A stretch of DNA of 58,743 nt, the filler included, from Sphacelaria rigidula (Eukaryota): NCBI GenBank assembly GCA_964200075.2. It is 6 parts of 6 records of this genome, joined end to end, with 100 filler letters (N's around TTAATTAATTAA, not from the genome) between each part and the next. Parts side by side here need not be neighbours in the genome. Positions count along the whole stretch, not along the records: positions 49,039 to 58,743 come from CAXNAA020007924.1; 5 more parts are not named here. One strand, written 5' to 3'. Position 1 is the stretch's first letter, and each line of letters opens with the position of its first letter. Positions 51,561 to 58,743 of the stretch are shown here, piece after piece. Position numbers and translations under genes: made by a program. The notes under the pieces were generated by a model. It was not told the origin of the DNA. It saw only the letters and a list, made by a program, of their open reading frames with translations, and did no database searches.

Positions 51561-53883
51561 TTCGGACACTTTTTACTATCGCCCCGCTAAAAAAATGGCT
51601 GATTCGGGGAAAAATAAATTCATACGTAAGTCGAAATGAGAGAAGCCGCGAACACAACGGGCAGCTGGGAATTCCCACGCTGGGGTTCGTTTTCGCCAAT
51701 ACCGCTCATATGAGGCGTTTTATGTAGCCTCAAACCAAGCACCAGGCGCTGTATGGCCATCTTCTTCATGATAGTTTGGGCTGTTTTTTTTTTTGGGGGG
51801 GGGAGCTATCGCAGAAAGATTATGCGATGTATGCATCCTGTCGTCATCGGGCGTTTGATAAAACTTGGACCCGTCCCTGCCCTGTTCTCCCTCATTTTGG
51901 GTCCAATCTGAGCCTTTAGTAGCTGGTATCAAATTCAAGGACTCTGCATGGTCGAATAGACGAGGTGCTGCCTACCACCGCCGGTGGGTCCATGTCCATC
52001 GCCTTATCGGTGGTGCAAAGGCGCAGAGGTCCCGTCGTTCAGGCGCCCTTCTGTTGACACATTCCCGCACGGTCAGGTACGATAGCACCCCCGTCGCAAT
52101 TTTGGCTTTCGTGTCGTTTTTCTACTTGCACCACTGTTATATTAGTGTCGAGAGACCAAACCAAACCTGTTCTTTTTCACCACTGTTTTTTCGCGGAAGC
52201 ACGTGCTTGATTTCCTGTATGGCTGATTCATCGTCCTCGTTTTTGTTTTTTTTGTATCCGAACCATGTGAGGCGAGGACGACGCCGGTCTTGTTTTGTCA
52301 TTATTTCGTTTATGTTCGGCACTCTGGACACATCTCGCGTGCTTTCTGACGCATACATATTTCTTCATCAACTCTTGCTTCATCCATTCCCTCGACGAAA
52401 AAGCAAAATCCTCAAAGGACGACGAGCACGATGGCTGTACCAGCCACTATTCGCCATTATTCCTTCAAGGATTTTTTTTGTGACCGTGGGTCGCCGAAAA
52501 GTCGAGTAAGCGCGTCACAGAAAAAGACAAGATGTGAAGCACTCACTTGCACCATAGATCGCGCCTCGACACCGGCACGCCACAGTCGCACCAATCCATC
52601 GTTGGATCCACTCATAGCCAGGTCAGACTGCTTGACGCAAGAGACAGCACTGATTCATCTCGGCGTGCCCGCCGAGCTGTAGCCATGCGCCGCCGGGGCA
52701 AGAACAGCTGGCTTTTTCTTCATGGCGAACCACAACGCCAGACTACCATCTTCCCCTCCCGTAACAAACCAATCTTCGTTTAGCATCCTGTTAAAGCGTT
52801 GTTTTTGGTGGAAGCAGAGAGAGGGGGGGTGTACTCATGATCATGTATGCCATAATCATAGGACTATTGAGAGAGAGGGGTGTGTGTGGGGTGTACTCAG
52901 TATGGACTTTCGAGACCGTCGTCGATCGAGACAACATAAATCGCACCTGCACATCTGCACATCTGCACATTCACACTGGACAAAATGATGACCAAAGCGG
53001 ACAGTTCCAATGTTCGATTGACAAACTTCAAAAAAAGGACACGCGCTCACACAGAGGGGGGGGTAGACTTCGCCCTCCCAATAAAAATGAAAACATTTAT
53101 CAGCACACGATTTCTACAGACAGTGCCGTGCAATCGGATACGCAACGGTTGCAGATTGAAAGCGGCATGTAAGCCACTCACAACTTGGACTTAGGTTATT
53201 TCTTATTTCGAAATTTGTCCGTTCACTGGGTACCATGTGCCTACGTAAGGCAGTCGATACTGCCGCCCCCGACCGAGCGGAAGACGAGATGACTGTCCTC
53301 GACAACCTTCCAAAGTCGCACCTGGCTCGTGGTTCATTACGACAAACAGAAGATGGACAGGATAAAGAAAACAAGCCCATTCTCAAGTGAGTAAGTTGAC
53401 AAACGAACCTTCGGCTCACGCTGCACTTGATGGCCTTTTTGTGAACACAACCTCAATATTTGAATCACGCTGGAAAGCTGGCGAGGGTGATTGGTCGAGG
53501 CCATTTCAGAGCATTTCAAAGACGCTCAGGATAGGATAGAGAAGGATGTCGAGCGATTCGAGCTGTCGATACTCACAGGAACTCTGAAATACCTCGTGTT
53601 CACGGCAGGTCTACCACGAGTTCGCGTACCACGCTGCTGCACGCCAATATAGCGTACTACTTGTATACAACGTTGTGTTCTGTAGGATACACCGACCGAG
53701 ATTCGGGTACAGTATTTGCAGAGACATAAAAGAGGTAGAGTAGCTTATCGGTAAATACCCTTACGAGCTATACCGGATTTTTCGGAACGAGGCTCGATAC
53801 CCTGCCGGACTATACCTGACTGTTCGGTACACATTTCGGTATGGTGTAGAATGCCACCCCCCCCCCCCCCTTCCCCCCTCTCA

Positions 53884-54642
53884 ATAGGGATGAAAGCATA
53901 TTTACATGGCCCAATGGATGCTGCGAAAAATATGAAACTGCGATTTCGGGTGGGGGACCTGGACCTGCCAGAAAGGAGAAAGAGATATACCAGTCGTCGA
54001 AAGGAGGAGGAAGCAGATGCACAGAACTGCCCCTGTGGCAAAGGAACAGAGAGCAGAAGTCATATCGTGGCAGAATGTGAACTATACAAAGAGGAACGAA
54101 ACGTGCTAGAGGGGGAAATACGGGACGTGAACGAACATAGCATGAAGTCGTTTGGTGCGTTAGACAGGAGGTAGAGAACGGACTGCTGCCGAGATAGCCC
54201 CCCCCCCGAACCGGCCAAACAAGTGCACGGCGGCGACGATCATAAATGCCGTTAGAGCTGGTTTCGTTCTGCACGAGGCGGCTCATGTGGGCGTTATGGC
54301 TGCTTTCGGACTGCTACACGCCGCTCATGTGGGCGAAATTGCTGCAGACGAGCCCAATACTGGGATTGCAGCCGGTTTGTCGGACGGTCCCCGGTGCACG
54401 TTTTGTGGGGGGGCTATCTCGGAATTAGTCAACGATGGCTACACTAGGAGATATCTGGTGGCCACGGACAGCGAAACAGGAGGAGGATAAGTTGTGTAAA
54501 AGGTTTTGTGTAATGTATGGAAGAAACGTAATGATCGCCGGAATGTTGGAGGTTGCTCTCTATTAGGAGCAGGAAATGTGCTCAGTCTCGAAAGGGATGC
54601 GTGGTCATTGGTCAAACGACTAAGGCAAGCGAAAAGTGAGTA
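53884..54642 (+). mobile_element. LINE A 3' fragment interrupted by a MITE
   Basis: YLHGPMDAAKNMKLRFRVGDLDL...CPCGKGTESRSHIVAEC; resumes at 54431 and runs to the tail; C tracts on both sides. Confidence 0.9.
54181..54430. mobile_element. 250-bp MITE with 4-bp TSD (AACG)
   Basis: TIR GACTGCTGCCGAGATAGCCCCCCC / GGGGGGGCTATCTCGGAATTAGTC. AACG is present at 54177-54180 and 54431-54434. The empty site is seen in the LINE A copy at ~58390. Confidence 0.85.
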
Positions 54643-55145
54643 TACCCCCTTCCCCCCCCCCACCCCGGGTATATATACTACAGAACACAATCTCGCGAGA
54701 GCTTTACTGCGGGTTCATTGGTGAAGTGATACTTGGGGCGAGTCTGACGTTCATCAAGGGTTCTACCCCGTCCTATCATTTTTCGCGGTCAATACTCCAG
54801 GTACTCTCGAGTACTGGGTACTTGAAGAATTCTCGAGAAACTCAAGATTACCTGGAGTATTGTCCTCTATCCCAACCGCCCGTCAAACATTCGTCACGCA
54901 GCGCAAGAGGCCATGTGTTTCCACAGCGAAAGCGGGCACAACATGTGGCGTATAGGATTCTGAACAACGACTGCTGGATATTCACAGCACGACTGCCACG
55001 TCCCTAGAGTAAGTACAAGTGTACCGCCAACCATGGGGACAGTCGTGCGCTGCCTTCACGGAGCACTAGTCCCGAGTCACGTAGTGGCACCAACTTGTGT
55101 GGCACCAACTTGTGAACACAGGACGTATGCGGGGAGGGGGGCGGG

Positions 55146-56430
55146 GTACTCATTTGTGGCTTGCCTCAGTCACTTGACCGGGTATCACGCATCCCTTTCG
55201 AGACGGAGCACCGTTTCTATTCCTCCTAATCGAGACACCTCCAACACCTGGGCGCTCGTCACGTTTCTTCTATACATCACACAACCCTTCTTGTTTCGCC
55301 GTCTGTGTGTCACGTTCATCTCCCAGTATAGCAATCGTTTTCTCGCCACCATCCTCCGTATCAAACGATTTCATGAAACCTTCGTTTACTTCCCGCATTT
55401 TCCCCTTCAACACGTCCCGTTCCTCCTTGTTCAGTTCACATTCTGCCACTACATGAGTTCTACTCTACTACTTCGTCACAGGGGCAATTTCTGTCCATCT
55501 ACTTCCTCTTCCACCCGACTACTGGTATACCTCTTTCTTCTTCCTGGTAGGTTCACGTCCCTCACCCGAAGTCACGCCTACGAGGTCAATTGGGCCGTGG
55601 AGATATGATTTCACCCCCTTTCCCTCTCTCAGCCCCCCGTATACCTGCAGGTGCTCTTCTTCGTCAACTTCCCGTTTTAGCGCTACAGTTTCCCTTATTC
55701 TTATCACGTCTCGTACACTTATCTTGTAACGTCGACATTCACCCATAGACGGTATTATCTCGCCTTGGTCTCCCCCCATATCCTTCCACACTTCCTCAGT
55801 TACGTAATCCCACCTTATTCCAGCCTACCATTTCGTTACTTTCTTCCATGCAGCCAATATGGCTGGCAATCTCTTTCTTGGCACGTTCCTCATGTTGTAC
55901 TGCCATTTCAATTTTCTCACGTCGCCAAATGCTTCAAGTGGGTACTCGTCGTGTTTGAGTATTTAACCAAACCCCTCACCTGCTTCTATCTTGTCATTAA
56001 AAAATACCTCGAGTAATGTGGGTGATAACGTACATCTTTGTGCAACTCCTTGTGATATATCAGCATGTTTCGACATCTCCCCCACCTAGCAATTGTAGCA
56101 CATATCGTACATTCTATGATATATTTCACCATTCTCTGCATCTTTCCTCTGATCCCAGTTTCCCACATCTTGTTCCATAACCCATTCCTCTACATTGTGT
56201 CGTAGGCCTTCTGTACGTCTAGAAAGAAACCGTACGTTGTAAGCCCCCCGTTTTTTCTACCTTCAATAATATCACGTAGTGTGTACACGAGGTCTACGCA
56301 GCTACGACTTCATCTAACCTACGGCTTGGTCTGACCCCTGCTTGCCCCTCACTGTTTTTTTTCCCTTCTCCGGTATCGTTCCTTCTATCGTTCACAATCT
56401 TACAGAAGGTTTTTCCTGCGGTGCTCAGCA
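55146..56430 (-). mobile_element. LINE A copy with internal deletions
   Basis: Reverse-complement homology to the RT region and 3' tail; G tracts at both junctions (55130-55145, 56440-56465). Confidence 0.9.
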
Positions 56431-57726
56431 GACATATGCGGTGGTTGGGGGTGGGGGTGGGGGGGCGCGACCGTGTTCGCCGTGTTGTTTCCCGTACCCC
56501 ACCCGTCGAATCCTTGACCAAGCATCCTCGAGCGAGGAGATCATTTCTCACAGCAGAACGATTGGTGACCGAAACCCAATCGCTTATTTCTACGCTACCA
56601 AAATCTTGGCCTTGAAACAGTCTCCCTCATTGATCTACACCAAATATCACAGCATTTCAGGTCATCTCCCATCCCCTCGTTCCGCCACCGTTTTTTTTCC
56701 GCGCGCGATCAGGCATGTAGGGGAGGGTGTACTCATGATCATGCATGCCACACATGGTGTGGGGTGGGGGAGGGTGTACTCATGATCATGCAAGCCACAC
56801 ATGTGAGGGAGGGGGGGGGTGGGACCAGGGAAGCAAGCCTGGATCATGGTCTGGTAGCAGCTCTTACAAGAAAATCACTCGCGACTGCAATCTTTCGCCC
56901 ATGGGTGAACCACTAATTGGCCTGTCCTGTGTGTACGCTACGACTGTTTTTTTTTCTTCGTAAAGGTCATGAATGAGTCTTCAACAAGCACAAGCACTCA
57001 CCGTACGGTCGTGCCCGCCTGTAACGACCCTCTCCTTACGCCATGCGTCGATCGCATCGATCTCAGTCTGACCACGACCGAACATCGTCTTCACCTAGCC
57101 CATCTCGTTCAAGTCCCTGTGCTGCTTTGTCGGACAGACAAACACACAGGAACCTTGAGAAAGGTGGTTCACAAGCAATTTGCAATCCTCACATATTTTT
57201 CATAACCAGAGCTTTGTTCTCAGCATGTTTTTTTTTTTCCCCACTGTGATGTGCTTTCGACGTTCAGCTTGACTTGTGGCTCTGATCCTTCATCCATCAG
57301 ATAATGAAAAAATTAAACTTGCACAAAGTAGCTGCTTGTGTTTCTGTCCGTAGTTCAACTGCTGCACCAATCAACGGCGGAGTAATCCAACTGCTGACCG
57401 AACATCGACCATCGGATTCCCACTGCTGTACGACACGGCGCGGGCGGAGTCACCCTCACAAGGAAGTTATACACCTCATGTCGAATACAAACACAAGTAC
57501 AAAATCCGACGAACTTGTCATCTTAAAACAATTTACCACTCCCTCCCCCCAAAGTCAACTAACATTCAAGTACTTCGAATTTACCACAACACGCGCTCTT
57601 TACGTGGGGGTACTATTCCAACCTTAACGCATGGACCATAGAGCTAGGCCATTCGATTGAAAGGTCGAAGCAACCGACAAACGAAATTTGAACACAATAT
57701 TCTCATTCCCTGTCAGATAACATCAA

Positions 57727-57740
57727 GAACAACAACAACA

Positions 57741-57781
<41 letters not shown>

Positions 57782-57782
57782 A
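57727..57782. repeat. Compound microsatellite (AAC)n(GAC)n
   Basis: Directly visible. Confidence 0.95.
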
Positions 57783-58380
57783 AGCAGAAGCAACAATTGA
57801 AAATTTTCCAGTTCCTCCGAGAAGCTTTGTCCACACCGCGCAACCCATGTGCATCCTCTTCTCTCTGGGCACATCTACTCCTACCACGCCATCCAAGCCT
57901 CACCCACGACTCACGCGTAACGCAAGCGTCGGCCCCAGTAAAAAACAGACGGCCTGCTTCAGCGCACACCTTTCCAGATCGCACCAATATGCCTCGACCC
58001 TTTTCACAGCGGGGCACTCAGGGGTCTTTGCTTCGTAAGCATCGCATCGATACATCGCTACATGATACCACAGCCAAATACCAGGAGTCCGCAGTGTAGT
58101 GTACACACATGACCACACGAATTGATACGTTCTAGTGATGATGCTACGATACGGCGAGGAGTTATTTTGAATCACTTCTTCCACGAAATTCCATCTCAAA
58201 TCGTCGTTAAATGCAGCAACGTTTATTCGAACGCGCTTGATACCAATGAGACTCACTCACTCATACATACCACGTGATGCCGTTTTCACGCAAATATAAA
58301 CGCATTGTGAGTAGTTAAGTCGTCTGACACACCTGTGAGTCCCTGTTTTTCGTGGAGTCAACCCTCTCCCCCATCTCCCA

Positions 58381-58743
58381 CAGCGAGAAAACGATGGCTA
58401 TACTAGAAGATAGATGGTGGCCACAGACGGCGAAAGAGGACGGGGATATAAGATATGCAAATGGTTCTCGTGCAACGTATGGAAGAAACGTAATGAGCGC
58501 CCAGATGTTAGAGGTGTTTCTATCATGAGTGGGAACGGCGCTCCCACTTGCAAGGGATACGTGGTCAATGGTCAAACGACGAAGGCAAGCAACAAATGAG
58601 TACGCTCCCCCATCCCATCGTCTCGGAAGGGATCCGTGGTCAATGGTCAGATGACTAAGGCAAGCCACAAATGAGTAGCTCCCCCCCCCCGAACACACCA
58701 CGGCGCTTCGCGCTTGGTGATTGAGTGCGAGCCTGGTCCGGCG
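58381..58743 (+). mobile_element. Stacked 3' ends: LINE A tail 58381-58603, second A tail ~58626-58677, family B fragment from ~58691
   Basis: Two ATGAGTA termini, each followed by a C tract, then ACGGCGCTTCGCGCTTGGTGATTGAGTGCGAGCCTGGTCCGGCG as at 3255-3298. Confidence 0.88.

Larger units (their letters stand above)
52547..57121 (-). pseudogene. RRP9: RRP9 / U3-55K (U3 snoRNP WD40 protein) pseudogene, exons 57121-57002 and 52787-52547
   Basis: My translation, not in the ORF track: HRDLNEMG*VKTMFGRGQTEIDAIDAWRKERVVTGGHDRT and MLNEDWFVTGGEDGSLALWFAMKKKPAVLAPAAHG..TPR*ISAV..SDLAMSGSNDGLVRLW. These match RRP9 motifs (YVETLFGHQ, ER.VT.G.D.T, DGS.ALW...KK.P....AHG, WI.AV). Both exons have CAG acceptors and GTGAGT donors. 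Stops at 57095-57097 and 52655-52657. Confidence 0.85.

Noticed and set aside
3526..57121. Co-located pseudogenes as evidence for a sex-determining or non-recombining region
   Set aside because: They lie on different contigs that were joined artificially by length.

Overview
Eukaryotic, transposon-dense DNA. It is probably from a stramenopile such as a brown alga; this is an inference from intron style, gene content and repeat types. The window is not one locus. It is six contigs of 9710, 9708, 9708, 9707, 9705 and 9705 bp, sorted by length and joined by an artificial 44N-TTAATTAATTAA-44N linker, so nothing can be inferred across the gaps. I found no intact host gene. There are two intron-containing pseudogenes: a phosphagen (ATP:guanidino) kinase with 2 exons and an RRP9/U3-55K WD40 gene with 2 exons. 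The rest is many decayed copies of two non-LTR retrotransposon families, two internally deleted Ty3/Gypsy elements (one with a chromodomain), two Ty1/Copia remnants, a tRNA-derived SINE, several MITE/foldback elements and a 27-nt tandem array with higher-order structure. Two signals stand out. (i) Both Gypsy elements have a perfect AT-rich palindrome instead of a tRNA primer-binding site at the 5' LTR boundary. (ii) Two different LINE-like families share a 3' motif (GGTC-N4-GACT hairpin ... ATGAGTAC), lack poly(A) and repeatedly sit in C/G-rich tracts. I see no CRISPR array or other prokaryote-type system.
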